Assembly (NCBI RefSeq): GCF_963921235.1
Contig: NC_086108.1
Coordinates: forward strand, 10,292,001-10,356,000
Reading direction: 5' to 3'
From: Mobula hypostoma
Taxonomy: Eukaryota
Length of the DNA: 64,000 nucleotides
A model generated the notes under the pieces. The model had not been told where the DNA came from, did not search any database, and saw only the letters and a list, made by a program, of their open reading frames with translations. Of the stretch, positions 11,930 through 25,119 are shown in pieces. Every line of letters begins with the position of its first letter. Positions within the stretch are counted from its first letter, which is position 1. The position numbers and the translations under genes are program-made.

Positions 11930-14900
11930 ATAGAAAGAGCCCTGGCCCTTGGTCCTGTTCCGAAGGAGGGGGTCCTGTCTCTGTGTGCTGTGTACGAGTC
12001 CCGGTCCTTCATCCTGCTCCCAAGGAGGGGTCCCGACTCTGTGTTCCATGTTGCTGTCTCCCAAGCCCAAGTCAAGGCTTTGTGTTCTCGTCCTGTCCAT
12101 GTGCCTTGCCCAGCCCAGGAGTACCTCACCCAACCCTGTGCTGGAGTTCCCTCGTCCTGTCCAGGAGTCTCACGTGCTCTCCTGTAGCTACGTCCTGTCC
12201 TGTAGCCATGTCTTGTCCTAGCCTAAACCCAGATTCTGGTTCCAAGTCAAGACCCAGGTTCCTAGTTCCAACCAAGACCCAGGTTCTGGGTCCTTGTCCA
12301 AGCTCTAGTTCCGGAGTCCCGTGTCACTAGTCCAGGCTCCTTGTTCCTAGTTCCTTGTCTGGGTTCCATGTTTCTTGTCCATGTCCTAGCCCAGGCCCTG
12401 CATCCTAGTCTCGTCCAGGGCCTGTGTCAATGTCCAGCGGCCTTCCTTCCCCACTTCCCTTGCTTTCTTCACACTCCGAGTCCTGTTCCTAGAACTGCGG
12501 TGTCTCTGTCTTGCATTTGGGTCTGCTCCCAGCGCCCCCTTGTAACAGCCTTCCTCACCACAGACACAACCTGCAAATTAACCTTTTGGGAATCCTGCAC
12601 AAGGACTCCCAAGTCCCTTTACATCTGTTTTTTGTATTTTCTCTCCAGTTAGAAAATAGAGATCCCTTTCAGTTCTTCTACCAAAGTGCGTAAACTTCCG
12701 GACACTGTGTTCCACCTGCCATTTCTTTGCCTATTCTCCTATCTATGCAAGTCTTTCTGTAGCCTCTCTACTTCCTCAAAACTACCTGCCCTTCCAGCTA
12801 TCTTGATATCATCTGTAAACTTTGCAACAAAACCATCAATTCCATCATCCAAATCATTGAAACTAACAAAAATAATCGGTCCCAACATGGATTCCTGTGA
12901 ACACCTCTAGTCACCAGCAGCCGGCCAGGAAAGGCTACTTATTCCCACTCTGACTCCTGCCAAACAGCCACTGCTTTATCCGTGCTAGAGTCTTTCCTGT
13001 TGGACTCATAGCTTGTTAAGCAGCTCATGTGTAGCCTTCTGAAAACTCAAGTACACAACATCAATCGATTTCTCCTTTGTCTATCCTACTTGTTACTACT
13101 TCAAAGAATTCCAACAGATTTGCCAGGCAATATTTTTCCTTGAGGAAACCATGCTGACTACATTTTATTTTATCATGTGCCTCCAAGTACTCTGAGAACT
13201 AATAATCAACTCCAACATCTTCCCAACTACTGAGGTCAGACTAATTGGCCTCTACTTTCCTTTCTGCTGCCTCTCTCCCTTCCTGAAGAGTGGAGTGACA
13301 TTTATAATTTTTCAGTCTTCCGGAACCATTCCAGAATCTAATGATGCTTGAAAGATCATTCCTAATACCTCCACAATCTCTTCAGCCCCCTCTTTCAGAA
13401 ATCTGGTGTTTTCACTATCTGGACCAGGTGATTTATCTATCTTCAGACCTTTCAGTTTCCCAAGAACCTTCTGTCTAGAAATGGTAACATCACACACTTC
13501 ATGACCCTTGACACCTGGAACTTCCTCCATACTGCTAGTGTCTTCCACAGTAAGCACTGATGCATAATACTTATTCAGTTCATCTGCTAATTTGTGTCCC
13601 CATTACCACCTCTCCAGCATCATTTTCCAGTAGTCCAATAACCACTTTTACACTTTAAATACCTGAAAAAACTTTTGGTATCCTCTTAAATATTATTGGC
13701 TAGCTTACTTTTGTATTCCACCTTTATCTTCTTAATGACGTTTTAGTTACCTTCTGTTGGTTTTTAAAAGCTGCCCAATCCTCTAACTTCCCACTAAGCT
13801 TTACTCTATTTTATGCCCTCTCTGTGGCTTTTATGTTGGCTTTGACTTCTCTTGTTAGCCCCGGTTGTGTCATCTTTCCTTTAGAATACTACTTCCTCTT
13901 TGGGATGCATACATCCTGTGCCTTCCAGATTGCTTTGAGAAATTCCAGTCATTGCCTCTCTGCCTTCATCCCTGCCAGTGTTCTTTTCCAATCAATTCTG
14001 ACCAACTCCTCTCTCATGCCTCCGCAATTCCATTTACTTGACTGTAATACTGGTACATCTGACTTTGGCTTTCTTTCTCAAATTTAAGGGTGAATTCAAT
14101 CATATTATGATCATTACTCATAAGGGTTCTTTTACCTTAAGCTCTCTAATCAATTCTGGTTCATTGCACAGCACCCAATCTAGATTAGCTGATCCTCTAG
14201 TGGCCCAACCACGAGCTGCTCTAAAAAGCTGTCTCATAGACCCTCTAGAAATTCCAACTCCTGTAATCCAGCACCAACCTGATTTTCACCAACCTGCATA
14301 TTGATGTCCCCCACGACTGTTGTAAAGTTGCCTTTTTGGCGTGTCTTTTTTTTTTATCTCCCATTGTAATTTGTAGACAGCATACTTACTACTGTTTGGG
14401 GTCTGTGTACAACTCCCATGAGGATCTTTTTACCTGGCAGTTCCTTAGCTCTATTCAGTGATTCAACACCTTCCAACCCTATGTCACTTTTTCCAATGAT
14501 TTCTTTTTTACCAACAGAGCAACACTGCCCCCTCTGCCTTTCTACCTATCCTTTCACTACAATGAGTACTCTTGGACATTAAACTCTCAGTATACACTTC
14601 TGGAATCTTTTGGTTTCCTTGGCTGTGTAAGTCTAGGGAAGACAACCTCTATCTCCGCCAAACTCATGAGATTCAGGCGTTCTCCCATCCCACCTCAAAC
14701 CCCAGTTGGTGTGGTTGCTGTGTCATTTGCCACCCTGTTACAAATTAATGCCATGATATAACAGACAGTAAACTGCATACAATTAAAGGAATTATATTTA
14801 TGAATCTTAACTGAACTAAAGGGTTAGTAAAGAATAACAAACTGCAATCCTGCCTGTCCACAGATAGTCCCCCCGATTTCACCTGCTTCAGCGTGAGAAG

Positions 14901-15130
14901 GATTGGGAATCTCTTCCTCAATTAGTGGGAAGTTAGCAAAAGGCAGCATAAACCTCACACCCATTTCCTTATCCTATGAATCCATATCCCATTCAGGGGT
15001 GGAGGCTGGTCTAACGTCCTCTACTCTTCAGGTGTCAGTTGCCACGACTTTTGTCTGATCGGGGTGTCCTCTGTCACGCGGATGGTGTGGCGAGTGCCCT
15101 TGGAACAATCCTCCTCAAAATTGTCAGCAG

Positions 15131-15766
15131 GAGGAGGAGAAGATGGCGGTGTGACGCAGCGCGCAGCGGCCACTTGGGTGGTGATATCTGTTATCTGTCA
15201 AGTAGGGTGCCATGCACAATCCTGATTTGATGGAGACAGACGTGAGAGCACGGAGGAACATCTGGAGAAACTTCTGAAATGCCCTTTTTGCTGTCGCTGC
15301 TACTGTGTGATCCAGAATCTCCGGAGAAGAAGGCCCCGAGTCTTCACTTGTTGCTCGGCGGCTGGGGCGGGGTCGAAGCGCTCAGCAGAGGATGGTGCTC
15401 AGGAGGCTGTATTGGAGGGCTGGTCGGAGGCTTGAAGTTTTTGGATGGACTCAGAGTCGGCTGAGGTCGGGTGCTTCCAATGCATTGGCAGTTGTCGGCG
15501 CCTGGAGGTTTATGGCAGAGAGTTTCTCCCTCTTGCCACCCGCTATTGAGACTATCGGGAGTCGATCGGAACTTTGAGACTTTTTTTTACCATGCCCATG
15601 GTCTGCACTTTATCAAATGATGGTATTGCTTTGCACTGCTGTAACTATATGCTATAATTATGTGGTCTTGTCGGTGTTAGTCTTTGGTTTGTCTTTTTTT
15701 TTGTGATATCACTCTGGAGGAACATTGTATCATAATAAAAGAGGACTGAGTGTCCTCATAATCTAA
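15131..15766 (+). mobile_element. Non-autonomous retroposon, family D copy 1
   Basis: 5' GGAGAAGATGGCGG; 3' AATAAAA, hairpin GAGGAC-TGAGT-GTCCTC, then ATAATCTAA. It splits the Gypsy pol sequence LEDVFS/ADNFE and has three other copies here. Confidence 0.8.
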
Positions 15767-16087
15767 AAAAAGACATCTTCCAGCTTCAACATTTTCTCTA
15801 TCAATCTCTTTTCCCAACTTCAGGTACTGGGAAGTCCCCAAAGTTGAATGTCTCAACAATCATCTTTCCTCTTTTCAGAGAGTTTCTCCCAGCTCGTCTC
15901 ACAGGGACACCAGACATTATCATCACTGGAAAGAGGTGTGTCATTGGCATCCCCCGCCTGAGGGCGACCTCCGGCTCCAAAGTGTTCCTGACACTCACTG
16001 TCATCCTGTTCACCTGTACAACCAAGGGCTTCTGCAGTTCGAGCCTCCTCAACAGGTAAGCCTGAGTCCTCTTCATGGTCTAACAGT

Positions 16088-19000
16088 CTTGCAGGAAAGT
16101 TTGCTAGTTCTGCTTGGGGGGGTTTAAACTAAATTTGCCGGGGGCAGGGATCCAGAATGTGAGAGAGGATAGCGAGATGAAGTATAAAGGACAGGTGGGG
16201 ACTACACGGTTCCGGAATATTAAGTATGAAGTAGAGAAAGGTGAGGCGGAACGAGTGATAAGGAAGATACATGTGCAGAGGGATGGTCTGACGGAGCATG
16301 AGTTAAATGTGCAGAAAGAGTAAGTAAATTTAAGAAGGACAACAAAATTCAAGGGGCGTATAGCCCGGTGAGAGTTCGGGGAGCTGGGTTATGCACAATA
16401 GGCAGCGATTTAAACAGAGGGAGGAGAAATGGGTTAAAAATTCTATATCTGAATGCACGAAGTGTCAGAAATAAGGCGGATGAGCTTGAAGCTCAGGTGC
16501 GAATGGGTAACTATGATGTTGTTGGGATAACAGAGACATGGCTGCAGGGGGATCGGACCTGGGAATTGAATGTACAAGGGTATACGTGCTATCGAAGGGA
16601 CAAAAAGGTGGGCAGAGGGGTTGGGGTGGCCCTGTTGGTGAGGAATGAGATTCAGTCCCTTGCAAGGGGGGACATGGAATCAGGAGAAGTAGAGTCAGTG
16701 TGGATAGAACTGAGGAACAGTAAGGGCAAAAAGACCCTAATAGGTGTTATCCACAGGCCCCCAAACAGTAGCATGGATATTGGGTGCAAGTTGAATAGGG
16801 AGTTAACAATGGCATGTGGCAAAGGAAATGTCGCAGTAGTTATGGGGGATTTCAACATGCAGGTGAACTGGGAAAATCAGGTTGGTACTGGACCCCAGGA
16901 TAGGGAGTTTGTAGAGTGCCTATGGGATGCATTTTTGGAGCAGCTTGTATGAGAGCTGACCAGGGATAAGGCTATTCTGGATTTAGTGTTGTGCAATGAA
17001 CAGGATTTGATAAGTGATCTTGAAGTAAAGGAGCCATTAGGAGGTAGTGACCATAATATGATAAGTTTTTATCTGCAAGTTGAGAGGGATAAGGGCAGAT
17101 CAGAAGTGTCAGTATTGCGGTTGAACAAAGGAGACTATGGAGCCATGAGGGAGGAGCTGGCCAAAGTTGACTGGTCGGATATCCTAGTAGAAAAGACAGT
17201 GGAACAGCAATGGCAGGTATTCTTGGGAATAATGCACAAGGTGCAAAATCAGTTCATCCCCCGGAGAAGGAAGGATTCAAAGGGGGGAAAGTGGCCACAG
17301 TGGTTGACAAAGGAAATCAGAGATAGCATAGCATTAAAAAAGAAGTATAACAGAGCTAAGGTGAGTGGGAAGACGGATGATTGGGAAATTTTTAAGGAGC
17401 AACAGAATTTAACTAAAAAGGCTATACGGGGAGAAAAAATGAGGTATGAATGCAAGCTAGCTAGGAATATAAAGAAGGACAGCAAAAGTTTTTATAGGTA
17501 TGTGAAAAGAAGGAAGATAGTTAAGAACAATGTTGGGCCCTTGAAGAATGAATTGGGAGAAATTGTTATGGGAAACAGAGAAATGGCAGACGAATTTAAT
17601 AAGTACTTTGGATCTGTCTTCACTAGGGAAGACACAAGCAATCCCCCAGATGTATGGATGGGCCAAGGACATAGGGTAACAGAGGAACTGAAACAGATCG
17701 ACATTAGGAAGGAAACGGTGATGATCGACATTAGGAAGGAAACGGTGATGAGTAGACTGATGGGACTGAAGGCTAACAAATCCCCAGGTCCAGATGGTCT
17801 GCATCCTAGGGTACTAAAGGAGGTGGCTCTGGAAATTGCGGATGCATTGGTGATCATTTTCCAATGTTCCTTAGATTCAGGATCAGTTCCTGAGGATTGG
17901 CGAATGGCTAATGTTATCCCACTTTTTAAGAAAGGAGGGAGGGAGAAAACAGAGAACTATCACCCTGTTAGCCTAACATCAGTAGTGGGGAAGATGCTAG
18001 AGTCCATTATTAAAGATGAAATAGCGGCATATCTTGATAGCAGTGATAGGATTGGGCCAACCCAGCATGGATTTACCAAGGGCAAATCATGCTTGACTAA
18101 TCTATTGGAGTTTTTCGAGGATGTAACCAGGAAGATAGACGCGGGAGATCCAGTGGATGTGGTGTACCTTGACTTTCAGAAGGCATTTGATAAGGTACCA
18201 CATAGGAGATTGGTGGATAAAATCAGAGCTCATGGCATTGGGGTAGGATATTGACATGGATAGAAAACTGGTTAGCAGATAGAAAGCAAAGGGTAGCAGT
18301 GAATGGGTGTTTCTCGGAATGGCAGGTGGTGACTAGTGGGGTGCCACAGGGCTCGGTATTGGGACCTCAGCTGTTTACGATTTACTTCAATGATTTAGAG
18401 GAAGGCATTGTGATTAACATCAGCAAGTTTGTTGATGATACTAAGCTGGGTGGCACTGTGACATGTGATGAGGATGTTAGGAGAATTCAAGGTGACTTGG
18501 ATAGGCTGGGTGAGTGGGCAGAAACTTGGCAGACGGCATTTAATGTGAATAAGTGTGAGGTTATTCACTTTGGGAGCAAGAACAGGAAGGCAGATTATTA
18601 TCTGAACGGTGTGGAGTTAGGTAAGGGAGAAATACAAAGAGATCTAGGAGTACTTGTTCATCAGTCTCTGAAGGTGAATGAGCAAGTGCAGCAGGTAGTG
18701 AAGAAGGCTAATGGAATGTTGGCCTTTATTACAAAGGGAATTGAGTACAAGAGCAAGGAAACCCTTTTGCATTTGTACAGGGCCCTGGTGAGACCACACC
18801 TGGAGTATTGTGTGCAGTTTTGGTATCCAGGGTTAAGGAAGGACATCCTGGCTGTGGAGGAGGTGCAGTGTAGGTTCACTAGGTTAATTCCTGGGATGTC
18901 CGGACTGTCTTACGCAGAGAGGTTAGAGAGACTGGGCTTGTACACGCTGGAATTAAGGAGATTGAGGGGGGATCTGATTGAGACATATAAGATTACCAAG

Positions 19001-19350
19001 GGATTGGACAAGATAGAGGCCGGAAATATGTTCCAGATGCTGGGAGAGTCCAGTACCAGAAGGCATGGTTTAAGAATAAGGGGTAGGTCATTTAGGACAG
19101 AGTTGAGGAGGAACTTCTTCACCCAGAGTGTTGTGGAGGTGTGGAACGCACTGCCTCAGAAGGCAGCGGAGGCCAATTCTCTGGATGCTTTCAAGAAGGA
19201 GCTAGATAGGTATCTTATGGATAGGGGAATCAAGGGTTATGGGGACAAGGCAGGAACCTGGTATTGATAGTAGCTGATCAGCCATGAACTCAGAATGGCG
19301 GTGCAGGCTCGAAGGGCCGAATGGTCTACTTCTGCACCTATTGTCTATTG
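16088..19350 (+). mobile_element. Young 5'-truncated CR1 LINE (ORF1 tail, whole ORF2, 3' UTR)
   Basis: ORF1 end GGTTTAAACTAA, complete EN and RT, 3' motif gaagggccgaatggtctacttctgc and (ctattgt)n tail. Confidence 0.95.
16368..19267 (+). pseudogene. CR1 ORF2 (APE endonuclease + reverse transcriptase), one stop and one frameshift
   Basis: YLNARS, GITETW, MGDFN, SDHN, KSPGPDG, YLDFQKAFDKV, GVPQGSVLGP, KFVDD. In-frame TGA at 16950-16952; frameshift near 18240. Confidence 0.95.
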
Positions 19351-21043
19351 TCTTCAGGAGCATCCACCAGGAGGCCTCAGCCTCAGGCATCCTGGGAAAT
19401 CTGGGGTTTCCCGTCACTCTCGCTACTTCCCCAGGCTGTAACACGACTGGTTTTGACTGGGTGAACCCACGGTCCCTCGTTTATGCTCATCATCCAGTCC
19501 AGTGCGCCCACAGACTTCCTCAAAAGCAGCTTGGAACACAGGGTGAATGGACAAAGTGTTCAGAAAGCTCTCTCCAACCTTCTCCTTGCAGGCCCCCCAC
19601 TAGCCTCCTCACAATAGGAGTATTCCTCCCCACAAGAATTGAAGTTTCATCCCTTTCAACCAGTTCCAGACAAAAGAGCGCCAATGTATCAAGGGCCTCA
19701 GCTGCTTCCACATCTGCCTCTGAAAACCTCAGTTTCACTGACAAGTGACCATCATATTGACAGTCATCTGTACGAAGACCCCAGATCCCTAATGCGCTGA
19801 GTGGCATCAATGGGAAATGTGTCAAATACCGGTTGCAAAATAAAGAGTACAACGAGTGTCAAGTACGGCTTCAGCATAAAACCCTCAATCTGTAGCGATA
19901 TATTGGAGCTTGGCCCCACTAAGCCTTCAGGAGTATGGTTTTTCGCTTTAGGGTGTTCCTTGATATATTGCTGGGAATGTGTTCCTCACGATATGCCAGG
20001 CCATTCCCACAATGGGTCTCTCTGCTTAGGTACCCAGGGGCTCACTCTCCAAGGGGTTTCCTGTCATTCACACTCCTGCCTGAAGTGTTCCTCTTCACCA
20101 CAGTTATAACAGTCAATACTAGCCGCTCCCCTTCTCATGGGAACCTGGCCACTAGCAGCTCTCTGCTGATAGCAACCGGGACATCTCAGTATTAAACTCT
20201 GCCATGAGCTCCTTCACCACTCCCTGGGGTGGATTATCAGTGGTCACCTCAGCCAAGGGGACTACTACTGAGGACAGGACCCTCTCCTGAAACATCTTCT
20301 GAAACCCCGTCATGAGCTCCATTGGGCTTCCCGTTGCGCCAAACACCTTTTCTGTCACTTGCATGTAGGCCGCAGAGGTAGCAAAGGAGATCTGTGTCTT
20401 TACAGATCTCACAGCTGGCCCCTTCAAACTTTCAATCAATCGTTGTCTTTTTTTTGTCATCGGGGCAGTGCCACTTATCAAGCAATTGAGAGGTCTGCTC
20501 TGCCCAAATCTCACATTCCTCTTCCCCTTCAGGGGTGGGCTTCATTCCTGAGAACAGGCTGAGCCTACGATAGCTGGACTTTGAACCTGGGCATTTTGTC
20601 ATTTAATCTCCAGGGAGGTAAGGGCTGCTACCAACTTGGGCCCTCATTGGAGGACTCATTAGACTTTCTACATCAGACCACTCCTTCCCCTCGCTCCGCA
20701 GAAACAAGAGCAACTTGTCTTTAAAGTCTCCACCCCCCAGTTACGGGAAACTTGGCTTCCGATGTGGCATGCTCGCCTACACTCCCCTCCTCCCATGGAC
20801 AGCTCACGGCCCCTCCTTTCCCGAGGCCACAATAGTACCAGGCAGTTCTACTGCTGTTACGTCAGTGCTAGTCTGAACTAGAACAAAGTCTGTACAGCCA
20901 TTTTATCAAACCTCCGCTCCACCCCTACTGCATTCATAACCAGGTATCATAATCGCATTACTGAACAATAGTTTAATACAGACTTAAACACATAACCCAC
21001 TGGATTAATGCTCAGGGCAGTCACACAGCATCCAACAAAATTG

Positions 21044-21061
21044 ATCCCGGATGAGCCCCCA
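21044..21061 (-). other. Primer-binding site, tRNA-Pro
   Basis: Minus strand TGGGGGCTCATCCGGGAT, 17/18 match to the Pro PBS, 3 nt from the LTR edge at 21065. Confidence 0.9.
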
Positions 21062-21604
21062 CAATGAAATCTCCGGGTTTCCTTGGCTGCGTAAGTCTAG
21101 GGAAGACAACCTCCAGTCCGGCCAAACTCGTGAGATTGGGGCATGCTCAATCCCACTGCAAACCCCGGTTTGTGTGGGTGTTCTGTCATTTGCTATCCTG
21201 ATACAAATTAGTGCCATGAAATAACAGACAGCACACTGCATACAATTAAAGAAATTATATTTATAAACTAAACTTAACTAAAGGGTTAGTAAAGAATAAC
21301 AAAAAGAAAAGGGCCCATTCCAATTAAACAGTCAGACGTGCACAAGTTGGAGCTCATCGTGAACTTCTCTGTCACTCTCGCGCTGGGCCATTGGTCAGTG
21401 TGAATGCCCACTCCACCTTCTGAGCATCGCGTACAATCCATCTCGAACGAACGGGTCTCCCACTGGATCGTATGCCACGACCGGTTCTCCCCAGCGTCTT
21501 CCCTCTTCATCCCGTCTCGAACAAACACCCAAGACCAACCTTATTGTTCCCCACAAAGAAAACCTCCTGCTAATTGGATGGCACACATTCCACATCAACA
21601 CTTA

Positions 21605-22396
21605 TAGAAACATAAGAAACATAGAAAATAGCTGCAGGAGTAGGCCATTCGGCCCTTCGAGCCTGCACCGCCATTTATTATGATCATGGCTGATCATCCA
21701 ACTCAGAACCCCGCCCCAGCCTTCCCTCCATATCCCTTGATCCCGGTAGCCACAAGGGCCATATCTAACTCCCTCTTAAATATAGCCAATGAACTGGCCT
21801 CAACTGTTTCCTGTGGGAGAGAATTCCACAGATTCACCACTCTCTGTGTGAAGAAGTTTTTCCTAATCTCGGCCCTAAAAGGCTTCCCCTTTATCCTCAA
21901 ACTGTGACCCCTTGTTCTGGACTTCCCCAACATCGGGAACAATCTCCCACTCACCTAACCTATCCAAGTCACCCTGCATCCTCTTAGCATCCTCCTCACA
22001 GCTAACACTGCCGCCCAGCTTCATGTCATCCGCAAACTTGGAGATGCTGCATTTAATTCCCTCATCCAAGTCATTAATATATATTGTAAACAACTGGGGT
22101 CCCAGCACTGAGCCTTGCGGTACCCCACTAGTCACCGCCTGCCATTCTGAAAAGGTCCCGTTTATTCCCACTCTTTGCTTCCTGTCTGCTAACCAATTCT
22201 CCATCCACATCAATACCTTACCCCCAATACCGTGTGCTTTAAGTTTGCACACTAATCTCCTGTGTGGGACCTTGTCAAAAGCCTTTTGAAAATCCAAATA
22301 TACCACATCCACTGGTTCTCCCCTATCCACTCTACTAGTTACATCCTCAAAAAATTCTATGAGATTCGTCAGACATGATTTTCCTTTCACAAATCC
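21605..22396 (-). mobile_element. CR1 3' fragment with internal deletion, inserted in the Gypsy 5' LTR
   Basis: ORF 21875-22456 (GVPQGSVLGP, KFADD) joined directly to the C-terminal TRGHSLRI near 21945. Confidence 0.9.
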
Positions 22397-22989
22397 AATT
22401 ATTGTTATCTTCAACAATAACCCAGAGGGGCTGAAAGCAGAACAAACAGCTCTCACAGAGCTGATAAACGAAATACCTATAGCATAACAGTAAAGATGCG
22501 AACCAGGGCATTACACTTCTTTTTGTAGGATTTTCTGTTGAAGGGCATTGGTGTTTCCCTGTTCCTGGTTTGCTCTATCACACCCAGCACTGACTGTCAG
22601 GGCACCGACAGGTAATGACGGGCAGGTGTACCCTCCCAGGCAGGCTGCACAGTCTCGCTTCAGACCCTCATACCTTCCCCAGCTTTGTACTTGCTTTTAT
22701 CCAGCTAGAGGTCACACACAGGCCTCTAAACTGCGTGATCAGCAGAGAATGTGCAGTATTCTTCAATGCAGGTGTATACAGTTTGGGGCAGCTATCCAGA
22801 TGGGAAGGGTTAGTGACATTCCCAGCTGTGATTTTTAGTCCAGCCAACTCTCTCAGAGAGAGAGAGAGAGAGAGAGATTTCTCTGTACGAATGGCAGCAA
22901 ACTTTGAGTACTAGAGACAGGGGGGTGAGGGTGGTAAGTCTCCACCCCCCACCCCACCCCCCAGCTACGGGAAACTTGGCTTCCGAAGT

Positions 22990-23515
22990 GGACAATTGTT
23001 GTATGCACCGTCTCTCCCATCTCAGCCACTGAAGCTTGTAACTCCTCTGGAGTTGTTATAGGTCTCTTGGTGGCCTCACTCACTAGTCCCCCTCTTGCAC
23101 GGTCACTCAGTTTTTGGGGACAGCCTGCTCCAGGCAGATTTACAGCTGTGCCATATTCTTTCCACTTCTTGATGATTGACCTAACTGTACTCCAAAGGAT
23201 ATTCAGTGATTTGGAAATTTTCTTGTATCCATCACCTGACTTTTGCTTTTCAATAACCTTTTTGTGGAGTTGCTTGGAGTTTTCTTTTTTCTTCATGGTG
23301 TTCTTTTTGCCAGGATACTGACTCTACAGCAGTAGGACTCTCCAGATACAGGTGTATTTTTACTACAATCAATTGAAACACCTTGACTGCACACAGGTGT
23401 CCAAAAACAGGACTCTATTTAACTCATTACATGACTTCTAAAACCAATTGCCTGCACCAGTAATGATTTAGTGTGTCATATTAAAGTGGGGTGAATACTT
23501 CTGCATTCAATTACT
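22990..23515 (-). mobile_element. Tc1 transposon 5' fragment (transposase N-terminal HTH)
   Basis: KSGDGYKKISKSLNI..STVRSIIKKWKEYGT..LPGAGCPQKLS..EATKRP..LQAS; no DDE domain remains. Confidence 0.9.
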
Positions 23516-23549
23516 GTGCAAAAGTCTTAGGGACCCTAGCTATATATAC

Positions 23550-25115
23550 CAACAAGGCTGAAGAACAGGATCTCCGAGGTGGTAATGTCAGATTACTCCC
23601 AGTACCACATGCTAGCCAGAGCAGGAATAGGGTGAATGAATAGCTGAGGAACTGGTACAGGGGGCAGGGGTTCAGATTTCTGTATCATTGGGGAAAGTAC
23701 GATCTGTACAAAGAGGATGGGTTACAACTGAATCTGATGGAGACCAATATCCTCGTGGAGAAGTTTGCTAGTGCTGTTGGGAAGGGTTTAAATTAATTTG
23801 GCAGGTAGATGGGAACGGGAATGATAGAGCTGGGGATGGGGCAGTTGGTATTCAAGTTGATGCAGTGTGATGTAATATGGTAAGGAAGTGCAGGCAGATG
23901 ATAGGCCAAAGTTGCAGTCAGTGGGATGGGTTGAAGTGTTACATGGGGGAAAATTGACAAGGTTGGTGAATACAGAACTGATGAATAAGATAGATGATCT
24001 TGAAGTGCACTTAGAGATTGGCAGGTATGACATTGTGGGCATCACTGAGTCGTGGCTGAAAGAAGATCATAGTTGGGAGCTTAACATCCAAGGATACACA
24101 TTGTATCAAAAGGACGGCCAGGAAGGCAGAGGGGGTGGTAAACAATGAAATCAAATCCTTAGAAAGAGTTGACATAGGATTGGGAGATGTAGAATCCTGT
24201 GGGTAGAGTTAAGAAACTGCAAGGGTCAAAAGACAGGCTCCGAACAGTACTCAGGATGTGGGATACAAATTTCAATGGGAGACAGAAAAGGAATGTAATA
24301 AGGGCGATGATGTGATAGTCTTTAGGGATTTTGATATGCAGGTAGATTGAGAAAATTACGTTGGAGTTGGATCCCAAGAGAGAATTTGCAGAATGCCTAT
24401 GAGATGGCATTTAAGATCAGCTTGTGGTTGAGACCACTAGGGGAATGGCAATTCTGGATTGTGTGCTATGTAATGACCCAGATTTGATTAGAGAGTTTAA
24501 GAGAAAGGAACCCTTGGGAGGCAGTAAGCATAATATGATAGAATTCACCCTGCAGTTTGAGAGGGAGAAGATGTTATCAGATGTATCAGTATTACAGTGG
24601 AGTAAAGGGAATTATAGAGGCATGAGAGAGGAGTTGTTTGGAATGGAAGGGAACACTAGCAGGTATGATGACAGAACAGCAGCGGCTGGAGTTTTTGGGG
24701 GTTGCTCAGAAGGCTCAGGATAGATACTTTTCAAAGATGAATAAGTATTCTAAAGGAAGGACGAGGCAACCATGGCTGATGAGGGAAGTGAAATCCAACA
24801 TAAAAGCAAAAAAGAGGGCATATAATACAGAAAATTTAGTGGGACATTAGAGGATTGGGAAGCTTTTTAAATCCAATAGAAAGCAACTAAAAACCACAAG
24901 GAAAGAAAAGATGAAATATGAAGGTAAGCTAGTTGATAATATGAAAGGGGATAAGAAAATCACATGTGTAAAGAGTAAAAGAGAGATGAGAGTCAATATC
25001 AGATCTAGAAAATGACACAAGAGAGGTAGTAGTGGGGCATAAAGAAAAGACATACAACTTAGTAACTATTTTGCATCAGTCTTCACTGTGGAAGACACAA
25101 GCAATATGCCAGGAA
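23550..25115 (+). mobile_element. Decayed CR1 (ORF1 esterase tail + endonuclease)
   Basis: YDIVGITESWL, ILDCVLCN..EPLGGSKHNMI; many stops. Confidence 0.85.
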
Positions 25116-25119
25116 TACG

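Larger units (their letters stand above)
6468..12547 (+). mobile_element. Solo LTR, family A copy 2, split by a nested Gypsy (pieces 6468-6974 and 11930-12547)
   Basis: TGTCACA...TGTAACA ends, 5-bp TSD GCCTT (6463-6467 / 12548-12552), collinear with 5070-6204. Confidence 0.88.
4381..14596 (-). mobile_element. Decayed CR1 LINE (ORF2 EN-RT to 3' end), interrupted by a SINE, two LTRs and a nested Gypsy
   Basis: Collinear pieces at 4381-4560, 4884-5069, 6205-6467 (KANAMLA..LYKTLMSPHLEYC) and 12548-14596 (KSPGPD, then EN region) rejoin across the TSDs. Confidence 0.88.
14601..22515 (-). mobile_element. Gypsy LTR retrotransposon with PNMA-like gag, deleted and interrupted
   Basis: LTR similarity 14601-14842 vs 21065-21305; ends TGGAAT...ATTACA; 4-bp TSD CTTC (14597-14600 / 22516-22519); gag YRRLSLFSG..EGEEE..W..KRQRLIESLKGPA; protease region GLVGP..VLDT; RT start FNFGD and HTIRVTEDTPIRQKS. 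Confidence 0.88.

Noticed and set aside
20152..20600. Domesticated PNMA gene
   Set aside because: Frameshifted, and flanked by PBS, LTRs and pol remnants.
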